Part shown: positions 50,271 to 64,000 of the stretch, piece after piece
Layout of the letters: every line of letters begins with the position of its first letter
How positions within the stretch are numbered: the first letter of the stretch is position 1
Origin: Octopus vulgaris
Taxonomy: Eukaryota
Reading direction: 5' to 3'
Assembly: GCA_951406725.2 (NCBI GenBank)
Contig: OX597817.1
Location: forward strand, 45,570,001 to 45,634,000
Length of the DNA: 64,000 nt
Notes under the pieces: generated by a model
The model's database searches: none
The model's input: the letters and a program-made list of their open reading frames with translations, nothing else
What the model was told of the DNA's origin: nothing
Position numbers and translations under genes: made by a program

Positions 50271-53139
50271 ATATATATCTGTATATTGTAAACACATCCT
50301 TGTTTGTAATACGTTAGAGCATTTCAATAGTCATGGAATGAATCAACACATATTTTATAAAGTGCTTTCGTAGGTAATTTTGGACAAACTACATTCATAT
50401 CCAGTTAATAAAACATGTTTATATGGTTTTATGCAGCAAAAAACTCATGAATTAAATCCTTACCATGATTTCTTCGAAACGTATTGTCTTCTTTGATATC
50501 AATCATCATTTATAGTATGACGTTAAAACGTTATTTTTATACTAACCACCGGATTTTAGAATATCATGTATGCCAAAATACAGAAGACAGTAATATGAAG
50601 ATGAATGACTACTCGTGTAATTAACGTACGAATGGTTGAGCCAGCCACACAAAATTCAGCGTGACACAGAATGCGACAAGCTTGGACTGTTGAAATAGAG
50701 TTACTTCTCATTTTTACCAGCTAAGGTGACGACAGCAACTTCAAATGAATTATCGATCGTGAGCTGAATACGCTATGTAGTAAACCACGCATCTTCTTGA
50801 TTAATAATGCCTTACAATTAGGTACATGTAATACAAATTCCAGGTAAATCCTTATGCAAACAGATAAATCCAAATATTATTTGGTAGAATTTCAAGATAT
50901 TCAGAGTATATGACAACAAAAATATGTCTAGAGAAAATTTCATCTTTACTATATATACCCTTGTTTTTGACTTGCCTCAGTTATTAGAGTGCGGCTTTGC
51001 TGGGGCACCGCCTTGAACATATTTAGTCGAATGAATCGACCCCAGGGTCTCTATTGAAATAATGGCAAGAAATATATCTGCGTTTCTAAATGATTTTTTC
51101 TTTAACATAACAAATAACAATTTTATACCTCCCTTCCTTTCCGAAATTGTATTTTTTAAGTAACTGGTCACTAACTTTATCATGCGATATATTTCTTTAG
51201 TAAATTGTTTCCATTTGGCTTTGCACAGTTCTGCGACTCGTTCAACTGTTTAGCGTTTATTAAGAGCTCTTGGTTGTTTGACCTGAAGTTTTATATTTGT
51301 TCATGTCTGTTATAAAGCAGATTATAATTTTGTCATAGCTTGTCTATAATATAAGCACATAATGTGAAAGATGAAAATCCTGATGATTTTTTACGATAAG
51401 ACTGTAGGGGAAATGATGGACAAAATATGGTAAAAGTTATATTTTTGTCCGTTTAACGGTGTGACTGTGTGGTAAAAAGCTCGCTTCTGAACCACATGCT
51501 TCATGGTTCATTCCCACTACCTGGCACTTTCGGCAAGCGTTTACTATTATAGCCTCGGGCTATAGTAGAAAATATGAATATGTTCGAGAATAATACGATT
51601 TCTTTTATATATAATCTTTACTGACACATTCTCACCACCAATAGTTATATCCTTACAATATACTCACGTCGGATGAAAAGACGAAATAACTGTAACCTTA
51701 TAGCGTCGTAGAATAACTTCAGAAAATATAAGATTTCTATAATAGCAAAAAGGAAGATAGAAGACTCTAAAGAAAGAATACAATGTGAAAACACAATTAC
51801 ACAATATCAAACAATCACTAATATTATATTAGAAAAATATATTGAGAATGTAAGCAACCAAGACAGATCTAAAATGTGCGAAATATAACAAGTACAAAAA
51901 ATCGGACACGATAACCCCGCTAGAGTACTGTCAAAAACAGATCTACTGAAACGGAACAAGAAACACAAATATATGGATGAAAGGGATATTAACTAAAAAT
52001 GTTTTAAGATGAGGCAATTTTGAAGATGTAAACCGTGAATATCTTAAGGTAGAATTTATCAAAAGAAATAAAGTCAATAAATCTTCAATAGAACAAGGAA
52101 AGTTTCTTATACCTTATACATAAAACTTGACGATGAAATATCAATGAAAATAAAATCAACGTATTTTAGACTTACTGATACTGCCATAGACATCCCTACC
52201 ACCGGATTAAACTAAGTGATAGACAGTGGGTATTTAGTTACAATGGCAAACCAGTACTCACAGAGAATCTTATATATGAATGTCAAAGCCGAAACAAGAA
52301 ATGGAAAACGATACCAATAACGATATAGAATAAAGAAAGATATTTCAATATTAATGATATGAAAAGAAAGAAAAAATCAAATGACACATCGGACGAAAAT
52401 TCTAAGCGATAAATACGATAGCAATATAATATTGCGGAGATCAAGTACCCTATAATTAAGGGTCTCCGGAAACAAGAGATGCAAAAATAAGTTCATAACC
52501 ATCATTTAACCAACTGCTTAAGTATGAAAATATATTTGTTTGATCAACTAAAGTCTAAATGAATTTGAAGCACTAGAGAGAAAAACAAGAATATATAGTT
52601 GTACTTACAATGCGCCCACTAGCGCTGATTTTAAGAAGACTATAGTGTATTTACCACGAATAATGTCAGATAAAGAAAAAACTAATATAAAATCTACACA
52701 GCACCAATAGAAAAAAGTTCATTTTCCAATAAGCTAACGAAGTTGAAATGATCGGTAACTGTGAAAAGGATTGTGAAACAACATCAGAGTCCAAAAATAC
52801 AAAGTTAAAACTTAGCTAAAGATAAGTTGCACACTTACAAAACTGCAAAAAAAAAAAAAAAAAATTCCATACATCGCTAATACCTAAAGCAAAAGCGAAT
52901 TCAATCAAAATATAGAATCAAATGTTGTACTTGATGGGAAACTGCAGAACTCAGAGCTAAAACTTATTGAGGTATTTCTATGGTAACGGATCCAAACCTT
53001 TCCACCGGAAAGCACTATATTATATAATAAAGCAGAATTTATGAAATAACTTTAGAATATGTGGAAATTTTGAAAAAGCCATTCTCATAATTTGCATATT
53101 AAATCTCTTCTTATCTGTTTCTCTATCTATGAAGACTAT

Positions 53140-53260
53140 TGATTCTGTACTAGAAGTGTATTGTAAAAGTTAGTATTCTTGAAACTACGCGCATATTGAG
53201 TAAAGTATTATCTGTCTGAGGCCCTTGTATCTTCAATCAACATCCAGATATTGCGACGTC

Positions 53261-53331
<71 letters not shown>

Positions 53332-53430
53332 GAACCAAGTATCAAAGCTTATAATGTGCGGCGGCAGGCTGCTGTCCGCTCTCACCAAATCTATCAGAGC
53401 AAACAAGACCGAGCGCACTGAAAAGTAAAA
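53140..53430 (+). mobile_element. Two very short R4-like 3' ends separated by (AAT)n
   Basis: VKVSILETTRILSKVLSV* followed by (AAT)n at 53262-53329. 53330-53430 is homologous to the 3' UTR at 15500-15620. Confidence 0.6.
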
Positions 53431-53441
53431 CAACAACAACA

Positions 53442-53536
<95 letters not shown>

Positions 53537-53568
53537 AACAATAATAATAATAATAATGATAATAATAA
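53428..53568. repeat. (AAC)n-(TAC)n-(AAT)n array
   Basis: Seen directly. Confidence 0.97.
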
Positions 53569-53569
53569 T

Positions 53570-53975
53570 CTAAACGATCTAAAACTGTACACTACAAATG
53601 ATAAACAGCTGGAAGCATTACTTCAGACACTACATGGATTTACCAAAGACATAAACATGATATTTGACTTACAACATTGTGCCAAAACAGCCTTGAAAAC
53701 AGGAAAGCCAGCCAGTTAAGAGTAGCATCACACTAGATAAAACATATTCTTAAGAATCAATGAACTAGATAAGATACAACAAACACGAGTAAGGGAGAAG
53801 GTACAAAGGGAATACTATTGATGAGTTAGATTAATACTGAAAACAGAGCTCAAAGTAAAATACAAGATAATAAGTATCAACACTCCAAGCGCATCAGCTA
53901 TGTTACAGCTACAACATTCTGAAATCAACTCTAAATGAAATAATCAAAATAGACAGGAAAACAAGAAAAACAAGA

Positions 53976-54038
<63 letters not shown>

Positions 54039-55397
54039 AAACCTCCTCCAAGGCAACACCAACACATTCTCAACGATTAGCCAGAGATGATTTTTAAAAT
54101 GAGAATGTTTGAAATACACTCGACTGCCCGCACAAGCTAGAATGCTAAAAATGAACCCCACTGCTTTCAAAAATTTATTAAAACAACAAGAAAAATAGTC
54201 CAGAATCTTTGTCGAACCCAAAATCAAATCAGCTTCTGCCACACACTAGGCGAAAAACCCCTGAAAGTTTCGTCGGAATCCATGCGGCAGTTCTTGAGAT
54301 ATATTGTCCCCAGACAATCAAAACAAACAAGCATGGCTGTAAACAATACCTCCGCCATCGATACGTCGAAGGTAATAATGGTAGGATTTACGATGCAACA
54401 CCTACAGTTTGACATAGAAAGGCTATATACACAACGTTTCGAAATTAGTAGAGGCCTACTATTAGAAAATAACCACCAGAGGCCTACTATTAGAAAATAA
54501 TCACCATAGGACTACTTCAGAAGCAAGGAAAACTGATACAATTGGACGCACAACGAACAGAACAAAAAACTGTTCCCAGTTTTTAAGGAAGCTGACAAAT
54601 GCAAGAAAGAAGTCATAGTACCTAACAACTACGAAGAAAAGAAGAAACAACCAAAGCCGTAATACAATTGAAATCCAAACTAAAATTGGAACAGCAACGG
54701 ATCATGAATAAAGCGATGGCAATAAAAGCCCGCTCAATGCAAATATTGAGTTAAGCTATACAGTCAAGAAATAGACAAAGCAAAATCCCAATAGACGCTG
54801 AAAAGCTCAGGACTCAAACCAAAGACTGAAAGATATTTAACTGCAGTATAACATTAAAGCCTTCTCACCAGAAATCACCGAAAACACGTAATATAAAGAA
54901 ATACAAGTTATTGCAGAATATGTGAAGATGGAGAAGAAACAATAAATCATGTTGTCTCTGGTTGCCCAGTCCTACCTAAGAAGGAATATATTCACAGACT
55001 AGACAGAGTTGGGACCTATATACAATGGAAGCTAGGCCAACACTATGGAATATCAACAGAAAATAGATGTGATAGTCGCACGCAAGAAATAGGCGATAGA
55101 AAGTGAGAAAGCAACCGTACACTAGGATATGCTAATAAACACAGATAGAGAAAGGCCAAATAGTCCGGATATTATTGTTAGAGATCACCAAGAAAAAGCG
55201 CTTTCTAATCGATGTATCAACACTAGGAGATGACAAAGTTTCTCTAAAAGAAACGGAAACGCTTTCAAAATCCAAAGATCAGGAAATAGAGGTAAATCGA
55301 ATGTGGAACCTAAAATCAGAAACAATTCACATCATAGTAGGGGCATTAGTTATGATTAAAAAAATTCAACAAATATATAACAAAAATACCGGGAGTT

Positions 55398-55428
<31 letters not shown>

Positions 55429-55540
55429 ACATACAAAAAATATCATTACTAGGCACCTCACACATCCTACGTAAAACAATTTCAATACAGTGAAAATAAG
55501 AGTCCAGCAACAATCACAGTACATTGAGCTGTTGCATGGT
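53570..55540 (+). mobile_element. R4/Dong-like non-LTR retrotransposon remnant: partial RT, CCHC zinc knuckle, RLE; interrupted by a Helentron-type insert
   Basis: DLKLYTTNDKQLEALLQTLHGFTKDINMIF..CAK; IDRKTRK|IM..DIERLY..RGLL; CRICEDGEETINHVVSGC..YIHRLDRV; PDIIVRD..LIDVS..MWNLK..IIVGAL..LLGTSHILRKTISIQ*. Same family as 16194-16615. Confidence 0.92.
53971..54375 (-). mobile_element. Non-autonomous Helentron (HINE/DINE-like) nested in the R4-like element
   Basis: Minus strand starts TTACCTTCGAC..GGCGGAGGTATTG (hairpin), then a GTTTGT tract, ATATCTCAAGAAC..GGATTCCGACGAAACTTT, and ends GCCTTGGAGGAGGTTTGC(TC)nTGAATGC. Removing it restores the host frame RK|IM. Confidence 0.75.
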
Positions 55541-55599
55541 AGATTTCCAAAGATAGTTATAGGAAATAGTCATAGTGAGACTATGCAATAATAAACACT

Positions 55600-56365
55600 A
55601 TCATAGTGGTTTATGATTGCAGAAAGGAAAGCTGGAAAGGGAGACAAAAATTTCGTTAGTAACTGCTTAAGATCAAGCCTTAAGAATTAATTGGATAAAA
55701 GCCAAGTTAGTCAAAAACCAAGTAGGTTTCCAGTGTAGATTATGTAAATCAAAAGAGGAAAGCGTTACTCATATAGTAAGTGAATGTAGCATGATGGCAG
55801 AGAAAAAATACAAGAAAATACATCATAATCTAGGGAGAGTAATCCACGGGGAGCTACGTTGAAAGCTAGGATTTGAACATGCTGATAAACGGTATGAACA
55901 TGAACTTAGCAAAGTATTAGAGAGTAAGAAATACAAGATGTTGCGGGACTTTAACATTCAAACTGACAGAATAATAGAAGCTAGAAGACCTGATTTGGTA
56001 GTAGTAGATAAAGGGAATAGAAAGTGCCAGAAAATTGACTTTACAATCTCAAATGATGAAAATATTAATAATAGAAAAAATAGGAAAGTATCAGAACCTA
56101 GCTATTGTATTACAGAGACTATGGAAAGTGCGGGAAAGATGTATCCCAGTAGTTATAGGTGTAGTGGGAGCTATCCCTAAAGTTCTGATCAAATGTATAG
56201 AGGAAATAAGCATAAAACCCAGTTTTGTACAGCTCCAGAAAACAGTGTTATTAGCGACTGCTAGGATACTTAGGAGGCTTCTTGAGCATCTAAAGTGACT
56301 TGTTGCAGCCAGATGTTAGGATTCTTTACTTTTCCAACAGTCTTATCTGCTGACTGTATAGAAAA
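55600..56365 (+). mobile_element. Another R4/Dong-like family: CCHC plus RLE plus 3' UTR
   Basis: DQALRINWIK..CRLCKSKEESVTHIVSECS..KIHHNLGRVIH..DFNIQTDRIIEARRPDLVVVD..KYQNL..IPVVIGVVGAIPK..LQKTVLLATARILRRLL. Confidence 0.9.
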
Positions 56366-56367
56366 TA

Positions 56368-56400
<33 letters not shown>

Positions 56401-56485
56401 CTGATGATGCTGAAGATGATGATGATATGATGATGGTGACGATAATGATGATGACGAGGGAGGAGAAAAAGAAGACGAAGAAGAA

Positions 56486-56542
<57 letters not shown>

Positions 56543-56635
56543 CAGCAGCAGTAGTAGTGGTAGTGATAGTGGCAGTGGTAGTAGTACTAGTAGTCGTAGT
56601 AGTTGTAGTAGTAGACATTGTAGTATTAGTAGTAG
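56365..56635. repeat. (GAT)n/(AAG)/(TAG)n trinucleotide array
   Basis: Seen directly. Confidence 0.95.
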
Positions 56636-58409
56636 GTGACCAAGAATAAGAAGAATGTTGTCATTAACAACGAAGACGAGGGTTTTGATGGTTTGTTTAT
56701 TTAACACAGAGGTATCGCATGAAGAGACATTAAAACAAAACAGCCTGAGGGGAATAGTCTCTGATAAAACAAAAATGTATACCTTTTATACGAATGATAT
56801 GAATAAATGAATAATAGATTCAATCTCATGAATTATTGATCAAAGAACTCTGTATATTCAATGACATCTCGGTTAAAAGAAGGAAGCATTTGTCCCTTCT
56901 AAAGTATATTTCTCCACCCTGTGTGTCATTTAGTATACTGTTATCCTCTGTATCCATTTTCTTTAGAGAGAAGTTTGAAATACGCTATGTGGATTTAATC
57001 GAAGAGGAATGTGTCTCTCCTCAATACACTGAGCTTTGTTCACGAAGATATGCTCATTTAATTGGAGTCGATAGAAAACGGTCTCTTCATTCCATTTAAA
57101 TTAGGAAATTTGGACGATCCTCATTTTGGAATCGTTCAACCCGTTCTACTCACAGCAACAAATTTTCGATAAAACTCCAACCTGCTATGCAATCGGAGAG
57201 TTCACAAAAGTGTTTAGTTGATTAAACCACTCCAGTATTATACTGGTATTTATTTTTATCAACCCAAGAAGATTGAAGCACAAACTTGACTTCATCGGAA
57301 ACAATAAGAAACTACTCAAAGAATTCCTAGTGTTCTATATACTTTTTAATGTATGTGTACACGTAGATTGGAAGAAAGAGGATTTATATTTTGTTGAAGG
57401 AAATTTCATGACAATATGCATTCGTCTACACAAGAATCTCGACATAATCAATATCGCCATATTGTCTTCTCAAAAAGTTTAGTATGAAAAGGAAACCCGC
57501 ATATTATGTTTGATAAGCAAGGCTGTTGATTTCAGACTATTTCTTAAGTTTAAAACTGTGTGAATAACAATATGGATACTTTTGAATTGAATTTACTGAA
57601 AACTTCGTCGAATATTATCCAGCAGTGAGAAATATTCAGGTTTGTCAAATTGAATATGGCTGCTTATTGATTTCTAATATAACCATGCGAGTTGAACCAA
57701 AAATGGTTTCTCTTTTCCTTTGGTACTATCACCATTGTAACATAATTTATTCTCTCTCGGAATGAGATAAATTATTCAGAAGTGTGCGGTTTCCTATTTA
57801 TTTATTTATTATTATTATTATTTTTTGCTTTTATTGTTTTGTGTCTTTTTCATTCATTGGTTTTTCACTTTTAACTTTAGAAATGCCACATCTTTGAATG
57901 CCTTTTGCTTTTAACATAGAAAACAATAAAACAATAATATTTAATGTGAATCTTTATTGTATAACCAATTTTATGAATAGAACGTAATGCTATGTTATTT
58001 TTATTTTCGTTCTCGAGGAGTCTGAGTTCCATAGAGAAGTATTGTTGTTTCATTTATGCTTTCAAACAAAAACTAAATAGATAAAAATTGCTAGTGTTTG
58101 CCATTTGATAGTCGAGTTATGACAGATATTATTAAAAATACACTAAACAACTTTTAAAATTAAATTTCAGATAGTAAGAGACGCATTATTGTTTGTTAAG
58201 CCTTGCCAAATAGTTTGCAACTTAAATATTTAGATTCTGCAACATAAATGTTGAAAAGGTGTTTGATAGTAAAATACATACACTCACACATATATTAGTT
58301 TTGTCTAGTAACACAATGGCAAAGCTCATGAATAGCACCTTAAAACATCTTCTGTTCTTCTATATATCATGTAACGATTATATACGTCATCTGTATATGC
58401 GTAAGTAAA

Positions 58410-59520
58410 TACAAGGAACATTCCAGAATGTTTGAGATATTTTTTAGGAGATACATTAATTCCCAAGTACAAAATACTAATCTCCTTCAAAGTAAGATTC
58501 TCTGACATCAATGTACTTTGCTGCAGCGCTCTTTCCGCTCCGCGAAGGATACATGGGCGCCTTCCAAAACGTGAAGGTAGCATGCACATTGTCACAGCTT
58601 CTTCTTTTTCTGAATGCATGAAAACCTATTACCTCCAAAGTACTCCTTCAGCTTGGAGAACAACCAAAACTCAGAGTTAACAAGGTATGAATTGCAAGGA
58701 AAGTGAGGGAGAGTTTTGATACGCGTTTCTCAAAAGCAGTTGATTTCCAGGGTGGAATTGTGAACTGGTTCATTGTTCTCAGGAAGGTGACCTGGGACCT
58801 GGATTTGAGTGAATGAACTCTGTCCATTTGCGACGATATCTCTTCATAAACCCCCTCAAAACCCCAACAAAATAGTCTTTCTTGATTACCTGACGAGCAC
58901 CAACCCTATGGAAGTGAATGATACTCTTGCTGTAGAAAAAAGGGACCATCATAACATTTGTGGTGGACTTTGCATGGCCCTGTTGAGTCTCGATGAACCA
59001 GAATGATTCCATGAGGCACTCTGCCTCTTAGTCTCTGGATCATAACAGTAGATCACACCTTCGTCATAGATCATCACAGGCTCAAATACTCTTGAGGTGG
59101 ACTTAATGAGTTCATGTCCCTGCGGTCAGTAACGCGCCATTCTTTCTTCCCTCACAGAGCACGCTGGAATCAAACTTTGCATGCATTTTGCACATGTTCA
59201 AATCTTCATGATTAATTCTGTGTATAGTTGCCAAACAAACTCCAAAGAATATACTTAATGTTATTGTAGAGAGACAACAGTCGTCATTCACAAATTGACA
59301 ATTTTCCCCACCAGCTCTGTGTTCCGACGCTTCTTTCCCTCCCTCATCTCTCATTGTCTCTCCCTCTCCACGCGACCGCCCTTGAACCGCCTATTGTAGG
59401 GAAAAGCAGATGGTCGGCTCATACACACTAATCCACAATCAGTCTGGAGCATTTCATAAGTCTCAGTAGCGTTTTTACCGAGCTTTATAAAAACTTTATC
59501 GCACAGCGAGCTTCCAAATT
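58410..59520 (-). mobile_element. Decayed mariner (Tc1/mariner) transposon; transposase pseudogene ~59420-58477
   Basis: ATIHRINHEDLNMCKMHAKF; IYCYDPETKRQSASW; VMMVPFFYSKSIIHF..KDYFVGVL; ENNEPVHNS; KTLPHFPCNSYL..FWLFSKLKE; KYIDVRESYFEGD*. Confidence 0.88.
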
Positions 59521-59976
59521 GCTTTACATCCTAATTGTTTTATGTAAACTAACCAGCTGTGAGGGTTTTATGTAAACTAGTCAACTGTGAGGGTATTATT
59601 AGGGTATTTCAAAGGGTGTGTTACAGCCGTCTCATTCAGTCTGGAATTAGAAAAATTTAGCTTATTAGGGGATTAGTAATGAAGTTTATAATATTCTTGA
59701 ACCTTAGTTTGCGTTTCAATTGGGGCTCTTTCCAAAGACAAGTTCAGCATGTCCGCAGTCAAATAACTAAAACTAATAAAAGCGTAAAAGAATATATTAT
59801 GTGTTTAGTGTGTGTGTGTGTACGCATGTGTGTGTGTACGTATGTGTGTGTATGTGATTGTTGTGTCTAGACCTATGAATATTAAACTGAAAAGGACTTT
59901 CCGATATTTTATAAATTGACATCAACAATATATTCATCTGAATCTAAATTTTGCTGAACTTAGATATATATATATA

Positions 59977-60978
59977 CTAGCTGAGGTACCAGGTAATACC
60001 CGGGAGAGTGGATATTCCCAGTACCAATTACAATGCCTAATTTCTCACAGACGAAAGAGGAAATCAAGACACAGGACAGATAAGAGAAGGTGTGAGAAAA
60101 TTTATTCACGAGACGATAATGCAAATGAAAACGTGTGGAATCGGAAAATGACAATCATTTCCTCAGATGAGTGGAAAGCTGCACATATGTAACTCATGGA
60201 GTTATGGTTCATGTAGTAACTTAGCGCAAATCTGAACTCCAAAATATTCGCAAGTTAAGAGGAGGTATAATGATAAGTTAAAGCTTGTATATAAGTATCA
60301 GTTTGTATAGATGTTGTTTGATTGTCTGTATATCTATTTTTATGCATGAAATACTGAACTAAAAATGCTTGAGAAATAAAATGCACTTACCTATTTAAAA
60401 CCTGAAACGCTGGGGAATTAAATCAACGAACTGAAATAATAAATTTTAGCAAGTGAAACTTATTCGTATTGCGATTACCGTTAACAAGATGTCTGTTTAT
60501 ACCCATGAAATGTTTTTCGTTGAATCTCGGCATTTTTCGACAAATTGAAATCTATGTTAATGGGTAAGACCAATTTCAAGAAAAAATGACCAAATTCTGG
60601 TAGCAAACAAACGCGTGCCATCATCCTTTTTGTGCATAGGCGTAAAAAATTTATTTGTTTCGATCTTCCTTAGTACATATTGCATTTGTGAATAAAATTT
60701 AAAGAAAATCGTTTGAAAACTTTAAAAGGGTTTGTAGAAAATATCATTCATATGAGAATTTGATTTCAAAAGTCCTATTGGTCTGTGAAAAATCGACGCT
60801 GATCAAACATTACCATTTTTTAAAATTTTTTTAAATTTCAAGTGCGTAAGTGACCGCATAGGCAGTAGACTCCCAACCACAACGTGTCAAGTTTCATGAG
60901 GAACGGTTGGATAGTCTTGGGGGAGTTAAATTAATAAATTCACAAATACACACAGTCACAACCAGAAAGAAATTGCCC

Positions 60979-60985
<7 letters not shown>
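59977..60985 (-). mobile_element. ~1-kb non-autonomous Helitron in (TA)n
   Basis: Minus-strand 3' end CCCGGGTATTACCTGG..CTAG|T. The 5' region has AACCGTTCCTCATGAAACTTGACAC, similar to the 49097 element. Confidence 0.8.
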
Positions 60986-61026
<41 letters not shown>

Positions 61027-61047
61027 TCTGAATCTAAATTTTTGCTG

Positions 61048-61125
<78 letters not shown>

Positions 61126-62699
61126 GACAATTGGAGATTATCATTCGCGTTACTATACTTGCTCTTATTTTCTTTAGGCTACCATCACAAGGAATTGTGA
61201 TTCGTTAACCAAAATACTTTTGAATAACACTTTTAATAATTTCCCATAAATTGATTTTTTTAGTGCAAAATTCTGATATTCAAAATATACATTTAATATT
61301 TCAATGCAAAAATAAGAAATAAAAATCGTATTGTAATTTGCTCGAAGCACTGCCTCATGCAAATGATATGAAGTTTGTCAAAATTTGTAATAATGTAGGT
61401 GAGATGTTAAATAAAATATATCAATAAATGAACACAAAGAAAAATGATATATTTCATTACAGAGGTCGTTTCGTGATTTTATAATATTTAGGAAAATTTT
61501 ACGTTTTGAAATATGAAGATCTAAGTATAAGTGTTCTCAGAAGTGTGTTGTTACAATCATGCCGCCGATTTTAGCTGCAAGTTAAACATCAATATATTGG
61601 CCTATGATCAAATGAATCTCGCTGTGGTCACGGCGTTTCTTTCTAGATAAATATCAGCAGAGCTATATTATGCAATATGTTTTTTTCTTATATTTTAGGC
61701 GTTTACAATATGTTTTGAAAATTGCAAGCCATCCAATTCTAGCAGGTATAGTATCCATATATTTTCTTGCAAGCATATATTTTAATCAACATCGGAAACC
61801 CTGATGAGAACATTCTTATTTAAAACTGTTTGTTATTACATTTATGTTATATATATATATATATAAGTTCAGCAAAAGTTAGATTCAAATGAATATTGTA
61901 CTTAAGTCAAATGCACCAGAATTTTGTACGGTGTTATCCATATAAACCCATGGGATGATTAAAATGAAAGTACGGAAATAAGTATATATATGTATTGATA
62001 GAAAACCTCTATAAATGGCTGATAATTGCTCAACATTTTAAAACAGATGTAATACTTACAATGTTTAATAAAATGATGTAGCGTGAATCGATCGTACCAA
62101 ATTACCGAAGATATTCTTGTTGCTTACTTTGATTATATATATATATATATATATAATTCTGCAGGAATAGTTGTATATATTAAAGTACTTATAAAGTAAT
62201 AAATTGAAGGGTTTTGGACCAAGGTGAGAGAAAAGAGAACTCATTTGTAAATATAGCATAAAATATCGGTGTATATGAGAAGAAAAAGTTTCCTTATTGT
62301 TCCTCTCATCAAAGAACGGTAAACAATGAAATAAAGTTGTAAGAATGCTTTTGAATGTATCAGAAGTTTCTTAATTGCTTCGTCTTCGTTGGCGAATTAT
62401 TTCGTTCAACCAATATTATTGGAGCTATATTAATTCCTTTTTAAATTTTTGAACATAAGTCATTTATATGTAGCTTTTTTCCTATATATATCTTAGATAA
62501 TACAGACCGTATATGCTCTCTCTCTATAACTAGGGAGGAAAAGAGTGAGGGAGGGAAAGAGGAGGGTGAGAGAGAAAGAAAGAGAGATAGAGAGAGAGAG
62601 AGACTAATGAGTTAACGATCATTGCTCGGAAGTGTGTACACATATGGAAAGAGCTGGGCCTCTATGAATAAACGCAAGTGTCTATATGTGAATATCACC

Positions 62700-62970
62700 A
62701 TCTTCATCATCATCATTATCGTTTAATGACCGCTTTCCCTACTGGCATGGGTTGGACAGTTTGACTATGGACCAGCAAATCGGGAATCTGCAGCAGACTC
62801 CAATCAGATTTTGCAAGGTTTCTACGGCTGGATGTCCTTCCTAACGCCAACCACACCGATAGTGTAGTGGTTGCTATTTATGTGCCACCGGCACGGGAGC
62901 CAATCAGGCAGCACTAGCATCGACCGCGCTCATATGGTGCTTTTTACGTACCAGCGGCATGAGTGCCAGT
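62700..62970 (-). mobile_element. SINE/RTE-related family E with (GAT)n tail
   Basis: Minus strand GGTTGGCGTTAGGAAGGACATCCAGCCGTAGAAACC...CCAACCCATGCCAG..TAAACGAT(GAT)n. Confidence 0.7.
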
Positions 62971-62981
62971 TATGCGATACA

Positions 62982-63022
<41 letters not shown>

Positions 63023-63184
63023 ACACATATATATATATATATATATATGCACGCGCACACATATACACACACACAAAATGAGAGAGAGTGATCAGTGAGT
63101 TAACTAGTATTGCAAGGAAGTGTATACATGAACAGAGCCATGTCTTTATAGATAGATGCATGTGTGTACGAGTGGATATACAAG

Positions 63185-63250
63185 CATGGCTGTGTGGTAA
63201 GAAACTTGCCTCCCAACCACATGGTTCCAGGAGGTTCAGTCCCATAATGA
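63185..63250 (+). mobile_element. SINE family B head only (similar fragments at 51460-51565 and 19285-19550)
   Basis: TGGCTGTGTGGTAAGAAACTTGCCTCCCAACCACATGGTTCC..GGTTCAGTCCCA. Confidence 0.65.
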
Positions 63251-64000
63251 GTTATATGTGTGAAACCCCAACATCTTCGTAAATTATCTGACATACTTCT
63301 CACTTTCTCTGACAATTGGGTGTTATTGGAAGATGAGATGGCTGTTACATACGCTCTCGTTCGCTCGTTATATTGATTTCTTCTAATGTTGCGGAACATC
63401 CTACAACATACGTTAAAGAGATATATACTTGATAAGAATATTACTTGTTTAAGTGGTGTAAAATGACTGCACCCGGAAATTTAACATACGACGATTACCG
63501 CCGAATGACAAATTTCCGGTCATTATATAATCCGTATAACTAGAAAAAAGAAGGTTTCATATTTTCTATTGGTTGGAATAAGAAACGGGTTTAATTACGC
63601 GAAAAGAACGTAGTTTATTACATTGATATCAGTAATATAATGCCAGTTAGATACACGAGTTATGCCGGATACGAAATTAGGGTACTATTAGCATAGTGAT
63701 TCACAATAAAGATCTCATAACACATGGGATCCATAGAGAACACTTGCACAAATCATTCAAGCTATTTTTCAGGTTGTGTTTTAATAGTATTAAAGTATGT
63801 TGGTAATTTCATCATATTAGAGTCAATAATATACACTTTAATGATGTTTCAGTTCTATTTATTAAACCGTATTTCTGTTTAATTTAGTGTTTTACGAATT
63901 AACCGTACTATTCAGCGATAGTTACAAGCGTTGACAATCGAAGCAACCTGAAGTTAAAGCAGCATTTAGAACTTTCAACGTTCAATGGGCAATATAATAT

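Overview
AT-rich, microsatellite-saturated animal DNA. The repeat landscape looks like a coleoid cephalopod (Octopus-like); this is an inference from composition and SINE types. I found no convincing host protein-coding exon. Almost all listed ORFs are microsatellite read-throughs or retroelement debris. The window holds: (i) at least 7 5'-truncated R4/Dong-like RLE non-LTR retrotransposon pieces, mostly stacked in (AAT)n-derived arrays; (ii) Penelope-like (PLE) coding fragments plus several type I hammerhead-ribozyme motifs, including an apparently intact one inside a 454-bp non-coding unit present as a 1.3-mer in (TA)n, which is retrozyme/circular-RNA-like; (iii) a Tx1/L1-like LINE 3' end in (GATA)n whose tail is shared with the most abundant tRNA-SINE family; (iv) several modular tRNA-SINE families that form multimers; (v) non-autonomous Helitron/Helentron elements, palindromic MITEs, a decayed mariner and a CR1-like fragment. 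All calls come from reading and translating the sequence by eye, so boundaries of decayed elements are approximate.
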